Source: the human T2T-CHM13v2.0 reference genome, Homo sapiens
Reading direction: 5' to 3' (one strand)
Length of the DNA: 64,000 nucleotides
Assembly (NCBI RefSeq): GCF_009914755.1
Contig: NC_060926.1
How positions within the stretch are numbered: the first letter of the stretch is position 1; each line of letters opens with the position of its first letter. The notes beneath the pieces are model-generated. The model was given only the letters and a program-made list of their open reading frames with translations, made no database searches and was not told where the DNA came from. A program made the translations under genes and the position numbers. Positions 16,404 through 30,689 of this stretch are shown one piece after another.

Positions 16404-16457
16404 CTGAAAACCTGTGGGGCCTGGAGGTCCTTGTTCTCCTCTTTCACCAGCTAGACC
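16404..16457 (-). CDS. COL5A2: exon 30 (54 nt) GLAGERGEQGPPGPTGFQ
   Basis: TAG acceptor, CAG|GTATGC donor. Confidence 0.96.
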
Positions 16458-17026
16458 CTAAGTTGTGAAGGAGAAAATAATTGTGAATATAACCAGATCT
16501 TTGTCTGCTTCCTCTCTACGTGAACCACTAGAAGTACTGATATTTATTTGTATTTCTTCCAATCACATGTTTTTCTCTTTAGCCAGGTAATAAACTAGTA
16601 TTAATAGTAACCAAATGGTATTGTTTGAAGTCTCTGGAGGTGAGAAAATATCTTCTAAAGCCAGTAACTGATAACATGTATTTATTTTTTGATCCAAACT
16701 TAAATGTCTGGAGCCAATTGTAAACTTATGGGGAAATTGGATTGAATATAGGAAAACCCATTACTTTTGTATATGTAATCTAAAAACATAATATTTTTAT
16801 TATAGTTTATTTCTGAATGTCTTAAGAATTATTTATCAAGACTTCAAAAACAGAATGACTAAAGAAAGCAAAGCTAACATTTTAGAAAGATTTAAACTGC
16901 CCCACCCCCCCAAAAAAATATGCCAAAATATTTCGGATAAACACTTCATTTGAAAGTCCTAAAATGAAAATAGACCTCAAAGAATAAGTATTATTCCTTT
17001 TATGTCCTAAAAAATACCTTAAATAA

Positions 17027-17352
<326 letters not shown>

Positions 17353-17705
17353 TGAGAGAAGGTAAATAATTGAGTATCTAAATATTTTAAATAAAATATT
17401 TTATAAAATATTTGTTACACACTGTTTTCTTCAGTTGATATAGTCCTTAACTGTGACATATAAAAACCTTTGCAGTCAGAGTTTTACAGAAGTTTAAAGT
17501 AAAAAGATCAATCATTATATTTAAAAAGGCAGAAGACATTATCTCACAGAAATCAAAAGAGAAGGTATAACAGAAATTCTTCATTCCCATACATTCTTAT
17601 TCACTTTCCCTGAAACTTACGCATAAGTCTTGAACAAACATCATCGAAAAAATGCAATGTGTGTATATATATATTCTCACACACACACACACAAAAATCA
17701 CATAC

Positions 17706-17759
17706 CGGCGGGCCCACAGGACCAGAAGGACCAACTTCACCATCTTTTCCAGGAGCTCC
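17706..17759 (-). CDS. COL5A2: exon 29 (54 nt) GAPGKDGEVGPSGPVGPP
   Basis: TAG acceptor, GTATGT donor. Confidence 0.96.
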
Positions 17760-17850
17760 CTAGTATCACACACAGATATTTGTGAGGTGAGTCTATGATA
17801 ATTTAAATAGTACCTACATTATTTTTCTTTAGCAGAAAATGTATATTTAC

Positions 17851-17904
17851 CCTCTGCCCAGGAACTCCAGCATTTCCTGCTTCTCCAGGTTTCCCAGGGT
17901 CACC
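17851..17904 (-). CDS. COL5A2: exon 28 (54 nt) GDPGKPGEAGNAGVPGQR
   Basis: TAG acceptor, GTAAAT donor; followed by a 91-bp intron. Confidence 0.96.
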
Positions 17905-17976
17905 CTAAAGAATAAATGAAACTTTTGTATAATTCCTTCAATTTGTCAAAAACATACCTCCTCCAAATGAGGATCA

Positions 17977-18111
<135 letters not shown>

Positions 18112-18820
18112 CTATAGAATTGACAGGAGCCATGTAAGTTTCATGTAAGTTGTTTCTAAACATAGCATCACCCAAAGTGTCACCTTTGCTTACTATCATG
18201 TTACATAAATTTTAAATTATCTTGCATTTTCATGTTAAAGAATCAGGACAGTTGAATGGGTTTTTTAAAAAACACTGAAGTATTTTAAGTAACTAGAAGA
18301 GAGATTTTATTCTTATTCTAGATATGAGCTTCCTCATGATGTCTCCTGACAGTCATATTAATAGGGGAAATCTTTCTTCTTTCATTTACTCTGGTTTGTG
18401 GTAATGAAAATTCAGGACTTCTATTTCACATTGCAGAACAAGGGAAGATCTTAGAATATATAAGTTGTCAAAATTCATACCTACTTATCTCTTAAACATA
18501 TAAAATTAGAAGGATATAAAAATGAGAACATTGCTAATAGACAAATTTCACCAACATTAAAAACTATATCATTTTAACATTTTCACTGATGTCAGGCAGG
18601 GAAGCAATTCAATCTCAAATATTTATCTTAGTAAAAATTTGATCTACATTTTTGTCAACTTGAAAATAGATCCTAAGAATATGCTTCCAGAAGTTGGTAC
18701 AAATATGTCAATATGACCAGCATCCATATAATCAAAAACATTAACCTAAATAAATATCATTTAAGTTGCATGTCTGTTGAAAAATATTAGTGGTTGTGGA
18801 CTTCTGTTTAAATTACTTAC

Positions 18821-18874
18821 CAAAGGTCCAAGTTTTCCTTCAGGACCTTGAACACCAGGATTTCCTGTCAAACC
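18821..18874 (-). CDS. COL5A2: exon 26 (54 nt) GLTGNPGVQGPEGKLGPL
   Basis: CAG acceptor, GTAAGT donor. Confidence 0.96.
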
Positions 18875-19393
18875 CTGAAAATAAAAAACCAACTGTCAGT
18901 TTGTTGCTGATATGCAGTTGAAGTAAAGATTCTTAAGAGTAAAAATAGTGTTGCATTTTTGTCAACTGAATAGAATGACATTTCTGTAAATCAAATAAAT
19001 TTTTAAGTGATGTATTGTTAAAATTTTTCAGAATTTCTCTGCCAAAATTACTTTATTTGCTATATTGCTATAAAAGTATATTTACAAATATTTATAAATT
19101 CTTTACTTGCTAACAAGTAAAGTTATAAAATTTGACAAACAGGATTTTTTTCTCATGCCAAGTGATAAAGCTATTAATACATACTGCTTTGAGAGAGACT
19201 AGAAGTTACCGTGTTTTCTATATATGATAAAAATAACAAACCAGTATTTTTTAAAATAATGAATTGGATCAAAACCATAAAAACAAAGAAATGTTCTAAA
19301 CTGTAAAAACAAACTAAATTTAAAAACAAACAAAAACCCGACCAATGCATGCTCAGGAGCACTTCTCCCCTTTGATGTAGCAAACACTTGCTA

Positions 19394-19609
<216 letters not shown>

Positions 19610-19849
19610 TCAAGGCACTGATATAACGTATAAAATTTTGTCACCACATTCCGCCAACTAGCATCCTTCCCCCCTATGCCTCTTAATACAGGAATTACAC
19701 AAGAGAGGATTGGGGTTAGGCCTGGTATTTGTATCCATCTCCTTTCTGGATCTGAGCCCATGCAGGCCATAGCTAGATCACCGTGCTGAAAAATGGCATC
19801 TTCTGGAGCACCCCCCACGTAAGTATCAACATTGACAGGGCAACCTCAC

Positions 19850-19903
19850 CTTTGGCCCAGGTAAACCATCAGAGCCTGGAAAACCACGATTGCCAGGAGC
19901 ACC
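19850..19903 (-). CDS. COL5A2: exon 24 (54 nt) GAPGNRGFPGSDGLPGPK
   Basis: TAG acceptor, AAG|GTGAGG donor. Confidence 0.96.
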
Positions 19904-20126
19904 CTACAAATGACCAAAATGTGATTCTTAATTGTTGTTGATATTTTTGCAATATGTAATGAATAGGTGATTTTTATTTTTAGCACTATAAAGTTTTAGG
20001 AGCCATCATCAAGCCAACATGGCTATAGATATGCATGAGAAAAATCTGACTCGATGGAAAAACTTTAAAATTTTGAAGAATATATAAGTACTGAGCCAAA
20101 TAATTCCTCAAATCAAGAAATATTCT

Positions 20127-20410
20127 GCACTTTGGGAGGCCAAGGCAGGCAGATCACCTGAGGTCAGGAGTTCAAGACCAGCCTGGCCAACGTGGTGAAA
20201 ACCTGTCTCTACTAAAAATACAAAAATTAGCTGGGTATAGTGGCAAGTGCCTGTATCCCAGCTACTCAAAAGGCTGAGGCACAAGAATTTCTTGAACCTT
20301 GGACGCAGAGGTTGCAGTGAGCCAAGATGGTGCCACTGCACTCCAGCCTGGACAACACAGCAAGACTATGTCAGAAAAAAAAAAGGAAGAAAGGAAGGAA
20401 GGAAGCAAGG
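20127..20410 (+). mobile_element. Alu, AluSx-like, 5' truncated
   Basis: Starts at gcactttggg; A/GGAA tail; TSD gaaatattct. Confidence 0.9.
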
Positions 20411-20599
20411 AAATATTCTAACGATTCATAGTAAAATTAAACAGAGAAAACTGATATCTAGAGATGAGAGGCATAGGTACCATCTATAGCAATTAAAATG
20501 TCAACAATGACATGCATTAGTGACATTTTTGTGAAACGCTTTGCATTCTCCAAAGCTCTAGATAAATGTGAGATTACTGTTCTTCTTTTCAGACCTGTC

Positions 20600-21075
20600 T
20601 CACTGTGCTCCAGTCACAGCTACCTCTTCTGGTCTTTAAAATCACCAGGTCCTTTCTGCCCTCCCAGCTTTGCATTTGCTTTTTCCTCTGCTAAGAATGT
20701 TCTTCCTTCCAAGTTTTCTACTGGCTTATCATCATCTTCAGGTCTCAGCTAAAATGCTATCTTCTCAGAGGATCCTCTTTCCTAACCACCTAATCTAACA
20801 TTACAACACTGACATATATGTGTAGTTACTCTCCAATGTGTCATGTCTTTACTTAGTGTGTGTATGGCATTTTTTAAAGTGTGTACATATATTTTTATTT
20901 ACCCATTGACTTGTTTATTGTTTACCTCTCCACTAAAATAAACAACTATTTACTAGTCTCCACATGAGGACTAAGACCATAGCCTTCTTGTTCACTGATA
21001 TAATTCCAAGCACAGATGGCTCAAATTGGCATAGACTAGTGATTTAACCAATATTAGTTGAATGTATGAATAATG
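20600..21075 (+). mobile_element. L2 3' fragment (approximate)
   Basis: tttgcatttgctttttcctctgctaagaatgttctt...tcaggtctcagctaaaatg...gaatgtatgaat. Confidence 0.55.
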
Positions 21076-21097
21076 ATTAGTCAGTTGGCTCTTTCTA

Positions 21098-21346
<249 letters not shown>

Positions 21347-21574
21347 TTAAAAACAGAAGGACAGTTACCAGAAAGACCCATCCAACCAGTGAATTATAGT
21401 TGGAAGCCTAATTTAACGAAGTCAGTCACAAATTTTAAAGTATATGGAACAATGAGATATTTTCATCTCAAGCTATTATAATTCTCATTATTATTTTAAA
21501 CCCTTGAGCATTTTGAGCTGTACACTTCCAGACAATACTATGTTCTACTTATCATTAAAACAATGAAACCTTAC

Positions 21575-21628
21575 TGGTTCCCCTTTTGGGCCAGCTTCTC
21601 CTTTGAAACCTGGAACTCCTGGATCACC
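21575..21628 (-). CDS. COL5A2: exon 22 (54 nt) GDPGVPGFKGEAGPKGEP
   Basis: CAG acceptor, GTAAGG donor. Confidence 0.96.
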
Positions 21629-22830
21629 CTGAAAAAAATATATTGATATTTGTAAGAACCAGGACATTTAGCTAGTCCAATCTGCTCAAATTAGTTACAA
21701 TAAATAGGCTTTAAAAATTCTCTCCAGCTGAGTCGGTTTTGCATCAGTAGTATAATATAATCATTTTTAAATGAATGCATGTGAATATGTTAATATGTGT
21801 AAATTTTTATAAAATTCAGTATAATTTGGAAGCCATTTAATTTATAGTGGTCTTTAAGAGATTTATTTTTAAAATCATGTTTTTTATCATGTGTAGTAGA
21901 ATAAATAGAATTATTGAGTTATTATTCAAATTTGAAAATTAAAATTGGAACTATCAATGACAATTTCTATAGATAAATACATTTAGGCTGTATTTTAGGA
22001 TGTGAACTTGTTTACCCAGAATCAAAATAATTTTATATTTATGCCGTATTTATTGAGAATTTAGCAACTTCAAATAGGGCATTTCACTCTTGGAATGTTA
22101 GAGGGTTTTCTGTAGGTGTGTCTTTAAATACCAACTGAAATTTAAGTTGTAAGAACTGGATTGCAAAATTCAGAACTTGGTAAAATCAAATGTGACACTA
22201 GCAACACTAATGATTTAATAAATCTGTCACCAGCACTTTAAGAGAATTTATCAGCATGACCACATTACTTGGAACAGAATTGTAAATATTTATTTAAATA
22301 TTTATTTTTATACATCAAGCTAAAAGCTATTAAGCACAACTTCTCAATGTGTTTATTTGTTATGGGTTCATCAAAATATTTTTTCTAATAAATAATTTCT
22401 GTAAAATATGAAAACATTCAATCTGACATTCAATCTGATTAATATATTTGAATCACTCTTTAACAATAACTCTGAAGAAATAGTTGTTGAACCCTAGCCT
22501 AATTGTCATTATAAATTCCTATTGAAGCTCCATATTCCTCACACTGGCTTGCATAATATTTTCATAATATTTATTATTCAATTATTCATAAAATTCTATG
22601 AGGTGAACCATAAAGTTATAACCTTATTATTTTAAATAAAAGAACACTAAAATTTAACATACTGCAATAATGTTCCACTTAGAATTTAAACATCTAAGTT
22701 GTACCTCAACATTTAGCTTTCACTTCACAAAGACTCCCATCTTCCCACATTTGGATAAGTCACGTTATCTATGTTTCATTGCATCACATGACATGTTATT
22801 ACTCTTGGCCCTCGTAGTTAGATTACACTA

Positions 22831-22959
<129 letters not shown>

Positions 22960-23071
22960 CTATTAAACAGCAAGAGTGATGTGGTAAGTAGAGACACAGG
23001 TAGCAGTCTGGGGCCAATGTCTAAAGAATCATGCCCATTTGAGCTTCACATGCCATAAATGCAGTACTCAC

Positions 23072-23116
23072 CGTTGGGCCTTTGGCACCAGGAGTACCAT
23101 CAGTTCCTATTGCACC
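23072..23116 (-). CDS. COL5A2: exon 20 (45 nt) GAIGTDGTPGAKGPT
   Basis: TAG acceptor, GTGAGT donor. Confidence 0.96.
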
Positions 23117-23359
23117 CTAAAAGGTACATTAAAAGTATGTAATGAAATATTAAGCAATATATAGATACAAATGTGCTAGTATACAGATGTCCAGCCATCT
23201 TCAAAAAGGAAGTAGAAGCATTTTTTAAAAATCAACCACCATTATATCATAAAAATTACTTTTTTGACTACTTCTCCTTTACATAAAATAGGTAAAACTT
23301 ACAGAGTTGACAAGGGAAATATATTTTTTCACAGTTGTAAGCACTCATTCAGAATTCAG

Positions 23360-23557
23360 AGAATATATTAAATTTTATATTTCAAAATAGCTAGAAAAAG
23401 AGGACTTAAAATGTTCCCAACACATAGAAGTGATATATGCTCAATGGGATGGATATCTTAAATACCCTGACTTGATTATTACACATCTTAGGCATATAAC
23501 AGAACATTACAGGTACCCCCTAAATATGTACAAATATTATGTATCAATTAAAAAAAT
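23360..23557 (+). mobile_element. L1MA-type 3' UTR fragment
   Basis: tttcaaaatagctaga...aaataccctgacttgattattacaca...aaatatgtacaaatattatgtatcaattaaaaa. Confidence 0.75.
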
Positions 23558-23622
23558 AGGTTGAATTTGTTCTGATGTTACAAGAAATGTCCAGCTTTCT
23601 GGGCTGGTTCTTAAATATGCTA

Positions 23623-23730
<108 letters not shown>

Positions 23731-26700
23731 CTAAAAGGGTGCAAAGGGAAATGTTAATTTAAGAAAAATACGAGAGTGGCATTGTACAAAGTTGACCGCT
23801 TATTTGGAATTTTACATTTGAAACCCAAATACTGAAAGAGGCCAAAGAGGATTACAAGAGATGCGTGCCCAACCAAGCTTAAGGAGCGCACTCACTTTCC
23901 CACTTCCTTCTTAAGGGATGACGCTGGTGGCCTCTTCACTAGGAATATTCTCCATATCCAATCTCCAGTTGAAGAAGCCCTACACCAGGGTTAGCTTAAG
24001 TTCCCTCTCCTCTGAACCTCCACAAAATCTGAGATTTTTCTTCCCACACCTATCAGAATTTACACTTATTACATATTAAACAGTTTAGATAATCTAAGTT
24101 CATAAAGAAAAACTAGAAACAGCCCTACACCTCAGGCACACTGAGTCTACTCAAAGAATAAGATAGTCTTAAATATCTTTTATTTAAGATATTTATCAAA
24201 GAATAGATATTCTTAAATCCGCATGGTTTACTTTTAGTATGTTCTTACATAAATACTCAGGTTATTCAAGCCCATTTCTGTATAAACAGTGTATACATTC
24301 GGACTCTTTAACACAAATCAAATGAAGGAGAAAAACTGACCAACCCACTGTGCTTAAAGAGGTTGTTTCTGTTCAATGTAAAGCTAGATATTTCAAGTCT
24401 AAAAATTTACTACAAAATTAAAGCTTCATGCAATCATCAGAGGATAAATCATATTATTTTCCAATATTTATAAAACAACCTAATATCAGCTAAAATGTGC
24501 TGCAAGATTAGACAATAGTTTTCCAAATCTGTGAAACTCACTGTAAAAAGTCTATATAAAATTTCATACCATCATTACAGAACAATAAATTGTTTCCTTG
24601 CTATATAAGCAATATAACAAATCATATTTCAGAATATAAGATTTGAGTTGTAAAAACTCAGTTCCACCGACCTTCAAGAAAGCATTTATCAGTAAAGTGA
24701 AAAACATCTGGGCTACAACTTTATTTAAGTCTAATCAACTTAATTTTTGGCAGCATTATAAGCAAAATACCATCTATTTTTAAACCAAAGAAACAATACT
24801 TCTTTGATAAGAATTAAAAGATACTTTTTAAAGTGCAACATTAAGAGCAGAGTGAAGTGGTTAAGGTAACTTAATAGCTCCCTTTATTTCAAGCCAAGAT
24901 AGTGAGTCCAGCTGGCAAATAAAAATGCCTAGTTGAGTTTTCATTCATATAAACAACAATAACTTTTAGCATAAGTTTTTCCCATGCAATATTTGAGGCA
25001 TACTTATACTAAACATGTATTCTTTGCTCATCTGAAATTCAAACTTAACTTGGTTTCTGTATTTTATCTGGCTTATTATGTACCTATGTGGATCTAATCC
25101 TAAAGAGGCCTGGAAAACTAAAATTCTAAGCCTTAGGAATCTCATCAGTATCAGTAAAGCATATTGAATCTCTGTTTCACTTCATTGAAATGCAAAGAAC
25201 TGGATTTGGAAATTTATTCTTTAGTCAGAGAGCAGAGACCATGGCAGAACTTTGTAGGAAAAGCAGGATCCTGTCCAAAAACAAAGATCCAGGAATTTTA
25301 TGGTGGAGAGAAGCAAGAAGGAAAACACAGAAAATTTCTAACAGAAACAGTTTTGCTAGATATTTGAGTTTTATTGAGCAGTTTTCAGTAGCCAACAACC
25401 AGTACCACAAACACCCAGGAGGAGAGAGAAGTAACCAGAGTGAATGGTTGTGTAAACTATGATTGCTAGTGAAGTTAAAGTAAACCCCATGAAAGTTGTA
25501 GTATAAACCTCTTTCTGCTAATTCATAGATTTGTGAGTATTTCCTTAACCAGAACTCAATTTGGGGACGGAGGGTCTCACAAAAAGAGGGAAGGGATTTT
25601 GCATGTTTTGATAGGGGTATATAGAGAGTCTGGGCCAGAGTCTGTGGTAGTGACATTATTAGGACTTCAGGGAGCAGATCAGATTCAGAGGAGAACCCAA
25701 CAAGATCCCACCCACTTGAGTTCACATTGAGTTCTCAGTGAATGCAGGGAAAGGAATTAAGGCACTATTTTAAAGCAGCGGCATCCCCATAGCACAGTGT
25801 TTGAATATGTCAATAGAGAGAGCCTACAGAATAATTTGACTTGGTGATTCTCACATTTTCAAGGAATATCTGAAATGTCAGCTACAGACATTTTTCTTCT
25901 GGTTTGTTTCTAAGTTTAAATCCAATTTGAGTAGCACAACTAATAAGAAGCATGAACTTACATTGAGGGTGTCCTCTGCATAAGGCCCTATGTGATGAGT
26001 TTACATAGATGGTGTCACATAATCCTCAACAAAATTCCATGAGAAAACAAAGTTTAGAGGGGCCAGGTGACTGTCCGTGACCGCAGTCATTTTTGTACAG
26101 CATAATCTTGTGCATAATCTCTTCAGGATTAAGAATGTCTTTGCAAAGGGAAACATGGCATCAGGGGAAATCAGATGTGTTATATTGCTTACAATTTGAA
26201 AGAGGTGTTCTGAATTAATTCACCAGTTTATCTAATGTAATCCTAATGTCCTTCTACTGTCATCCTTGAATTTATCCCAAAGTACTGAGAGAAAGAACCA
26301 ATTGTGATTCACTACAAATATTAAGTCATCCCACAGAATACTTTAATCCATTCCCACATGAAGAGCCAAATATTCTCCGTGCCCACTCCTTTAATGGCTT
26401 CATAGAATTGGATTGTGGAGCTGGGGGAGTGCAGAGTGATAACAAATGTTAGGTGAAAATGTTAGATGCCTTTTGACAGCATCTAATTTATTTTAACCTC
26501 CTAACCTCCTATTGTTTGGAACATTCTGCTGTTTATTACTTCCAGGTACTCTATTCAAGAATAGAGAATAGAGTTCCTATTCAGTTTAAAGCTCCTATTC
26601 CTTATAGTTGTTTTGACTGGCTGGCATTAGAGTCCTAACACATCAGGTTCTTTGATATTATAAGGGTACAATTATAAGTAATTCTCCTTTAATTATATTT

Positions 26701-26885
26701 ATACAGTTAATTTTATTTTTTAATGTATCTTTTTCCATGTAATAATGAAAAATGAGCATACTCTAGGCTCTTTCCTTAGTTAAAAGTAACTTTCACACTT
26801 TTCAATGAATTAAATGTCATTCTTCACTTTGGGACTCATGTAATCATGTAGCGTTAAATACTGTATATTAACATTAACATCTTAC

Positions 26886-26939
26886 CTTCATTCCAGGATT
26901 TCCTGGAAAACCAGAAGAGCCTGGTATCCCAAGAGGACC
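26886..26939 (-). CDS. COL5A2: exon 18 (54 nt) GPLGIPGSSGFPGNPGMK
   Basis: TAG acceptor, AAG|GTAAGA donor. Confidence 0.96.
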
Positions 26940-27322
26940 CTATTAAAAGAAACCAGAAAAGTAATCAGACATGTATTCAATTAGTATCTAATTAGGTCAT
27001 TTTTTAGAGTTTGGCGTCATTTTGTATTAGACACATAAGAATAACCTGCCTTTCACTTTAAAATTACAAAGATAATAGGCTAATTTCATTATAAGTACCT
27101 TCAACATCAATCTAAAGTAATACTAAAAGACATATCCAAGGTATTAAACATAATTGGATTACTCAAATAGCATATAGGATTAAGTCAATCACAAACATAA
27201 AGTGTTTCAAACAATTGCCTCTTGAGAGATGTACTTTCTTTGTGTTAATCAAATAATATAGTTTTTAGAAAGTTATATTTTATATCAAAATCTAGTACTT
27301 CATTCTATAAAAATGATGCTTA

Positions 27323-27646
<324 letters not shown>

Positions 27647-28274
27647 TTAGAGAGGTTTTTCAGGCAATAAGTGGATATTTATGGATATTTATATTACCCT
27701 ACATTTGGGAAGGCATGCATAGAATTTAAACCATTGATTAAAAGACTAAATTTAAAAGAAGTGAGTATAAAAGGAATTCTAGTACAGATTACTCTAACTC
27801 TAAGGATTGTACTTTAGTCTCATCAGTTTTCAATTAATAGAAGCCCTTTCAAAATGTACATATTTTTTCATCCTATGTTTTGTTTCCTACTTATGAGAAA
27901 CAAGGGAGAAAAGATCCTTGGGGCAAATGATTTCAATTTCTATAATTATACTTTACTTTTGGCTAATAGCTTTAAATTTATTTTATTTTATGATCGTTCA
28001 GTCTTGGCCCACGTTGATCATGAATATTTCCTACAATACTTTCTCTCTTTCCCTCATAATATTTTCTTTTCTTGGTGTTTTGTTAGCATAATTTACCTTG
28101 TAGAGCTTGACTCAGTTTTTCCTGTTGCAGCAAAATAAAATTGTTCCATGGACTATTTATTTAGGAGCATTTTCAGTAACAACTTTGTGCTCAATTACTA
28201 CATTAAAAAATGGCTATAGAAAACATTTTATAAATATATTTGTGCTATTACAAAACACCACTTCTTGGTTTCCT

Positions 28275-28437
28275 GCAACAGCTATCCACATTGATGACCC
28301 TGTGAAATCATCTGTAGAGCTTTAAAAAATACTGATTTCTGAGTCTACCTCTAGAGATTACATTTAAATTGGATTGGACATCAATATTTTTAAGTTTCCA
28401 GGTAATTCTAGTGTATAGCCAAAGTTGAGAACCACTA
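28275..28437. mobile_element. MER5A-like hAT-Charlie MITE
   Basis: aatcatctgtagagctttaaaaaatactgat...ccaggtaattcta...agccaaagttgagaaccact. Confidence 0.65.
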
Positions 28438-28978
28438 ATTTCATGATGAACAGATAAAGTTTACTACATGATGCCTACAATATAAGTATGTACATTTTAC
28501 TAGCAACCAGTGTTAATAATATATGAAATAATTTATTCTAGATATCATTACATCTTCCTTTTAAAAGTCAGGGCACCACTATTAAAGTCACATAATTTGA
28601 TGGGAAAAGCACATGTATAATAAGTTGCTCTAAAGTTCAGAAAATAACTTTATGTCTTGAAGCTCTTTTTAAAAATTAAATTAGTTTTGTTTTGCTTGTA
28701 GAGATATAATTTAAGTGTCCTTGACTGAATAATAGTAGAGACCTTGATCCATAGCACTGTTACAATTAAAATCTACTTCAGTTCCACACATCTCTTAGGA
28801 TCCTTTGTACCTCTGGGTAACACAGCAGTTAATGGGCAGCAATTGAGGCTATTCACAAGGGAGAACTATTGCAAGTAATGGAATTTTAAAAAGGTAATAT
28901 GCTTGAAATGTGTCAAATTTAAAATATTTGCCTTTGTTTATAATTTACATTTGATTCTATGTTTATAATTTACAGATG

Positions 28979-29863
28979 ATTCTTTAGTCTTAGCCATCTT
29001 CATTTCATCATCCACATTACCTGGAGATGATCTTTCTGGTCATAAAGTTCCTATGTTTAAAATCTCTGAATGATCTCACACTAATTATTACAGAAAAGAG
29101 CTCAAAAACCCTTTAAATGGGTAAGTAAGTATAGCCCTTTATGATCTAGATCTAGTTATAAGTATTCAGATTTTCATCTTCAAGCGTGAATTAAAGGTTC
29201 ATAGTTACAGAGGATTACCTATGAAATAGTGCAAGATGGTCTGAAGCAAAATACAATAGCCTTGTCCATACCAAGCACAAAAAAGCACAATGTACAAAAT
29301 ATTGGTACACACTGAGACCTCATCATTTCTCATTCCATGTTACATTTTTACTCCCACAGCTGTATTTATTGCCTGTATGTTAAAAATTTCCAAAACTACA
29401 TTTGAAATTCAAATTTCTATCCTGAGCTCCACTCTTGCATATCTAATCACGAAATTGAATTCATTTATTCCCATTCTAAACTCAAACCCACAAACGGTAT
29501 GCTGTTCCTCTTTCTTTATTTCCAATTTCAGATAAATTACATCATCCATCAAACACTTTAAACCAGAAATCTACTGGGCCATGCCCATGAGAGTTCTTAG
29601 CTCATTGACATGCAGTCGGCCTCTGTTACTACCATAATAACTTTAGTTCACATCTTTGTAATTTCTTTCTGGAATTATGCCAGTGGTATTCAAACTCATT
29701 CTTTATTCTTAGCCATCTTCATTTCATGTTCAACATTACCAGCAGATTATCCTCTGGTCATAATGTTCTTATGTTTAAAATCCCTGAATGATCGCACATT
29801 AACTACTATAGAAAAGAGCTCAAAAACCATTTAACATGATAAGTATAACCCTTCATGATATAG
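28979..29863 (+). repeat. Diverged direct repeat, ~165 bp (28979-29149 and 29698-29863)
   Basis: Collinear shared blocks tcttagccatcttcatttcat, tatgtttaaaatc, ctgaatgatc, agaaaagagctcaaaaacc. Confidence 0.9.
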
Positions 29864-30215
29864 CTCTCGCCTCTCAATCCAATTTTACCTTCCTAGAATT
29901 TTCTGAGCCCACTGTGTTTTGTCATCTATCTATCCTATGGACAATGCTATATTCTTGCCCATTTTATATATTAAATACTTATCTTTCAGGACTTGGCTTG
30001 AAAGTTGTTCCCATAACTGAAGTTGTATACTGTATTATGGAGTTAACAATTATGTTATACAACAATATTAATATCTCTCTCTTCCTTAATAGAACAGTTT
30101 TGAAGAAGTACTATGTGTCCATCAACTTTTTATTCCAAGTGTCTGGCATGTGGTGAGTGCTCTGTAAATGTTTTTGAATGTACAAATGGAAGAATGCATG
30201 AATAAATTAATGAAT
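29380..30215 (+). mobile_element. Degraded L2 (approximate)
   Basis: L2-type 3' end gtgtctggcatgtggtgagtgctctgtaaatgtttttgaatg...gaatgcatgaat. Confidence 0.55.
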
Positions 30216-30239
30216 TAATATGAAAATAATATAACTCAC

Positions 30240-30284
30240 CATTGGTCCAGGTTTTCCAGGCATACCATGTGCACCTCGTTGTCC
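30240..30284 (-). CDS. COL5A2: exon 17 (45 nt) GQRGAHGMPGKPGPM
   Basis: TAG acceptor, GTGAGT donor. Confidence 0.96.
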
Positions 30285-30689
30285 CTAATTAAGAGAAAAA
30301 GAGACAAGACAGGATAAGATTACATTTTAGACTATATTTTCTCTTATTTGCCTTATAAAAAATTTCCATATTGCAAATTGAAGAATAAATATTAAAGTTA
30401 ACTGACAATAACCCTCACTCAGTTAATAGCAATATAAATACATTTACACAAGCTGATATGGTAGTCATAAATGCATCTATCCTTATAGCAATAAGCAATA
30501 AAATCAAGATTGAGAAAATGAAACTGATTAAAATGATTCTTTTACTTTAATGTATCATCTTCTAACATATGAACTCAGAGACAATGAAAATTTGAACACC
30601 TCAGTATTCTTAATAGCCAGATTAACTCAGAGAAGCAATGTCCAGAAAATAAAATACACAAGAGAGATAAATTAAGTTATAGTGAATTC

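Noticed and set aside
17394-17413. 20-bp perfect palindrome aaatattttataaaatattt
   Set aside because: Pure A/T low-complexity sequence; too short to imply a cruciform or an element.
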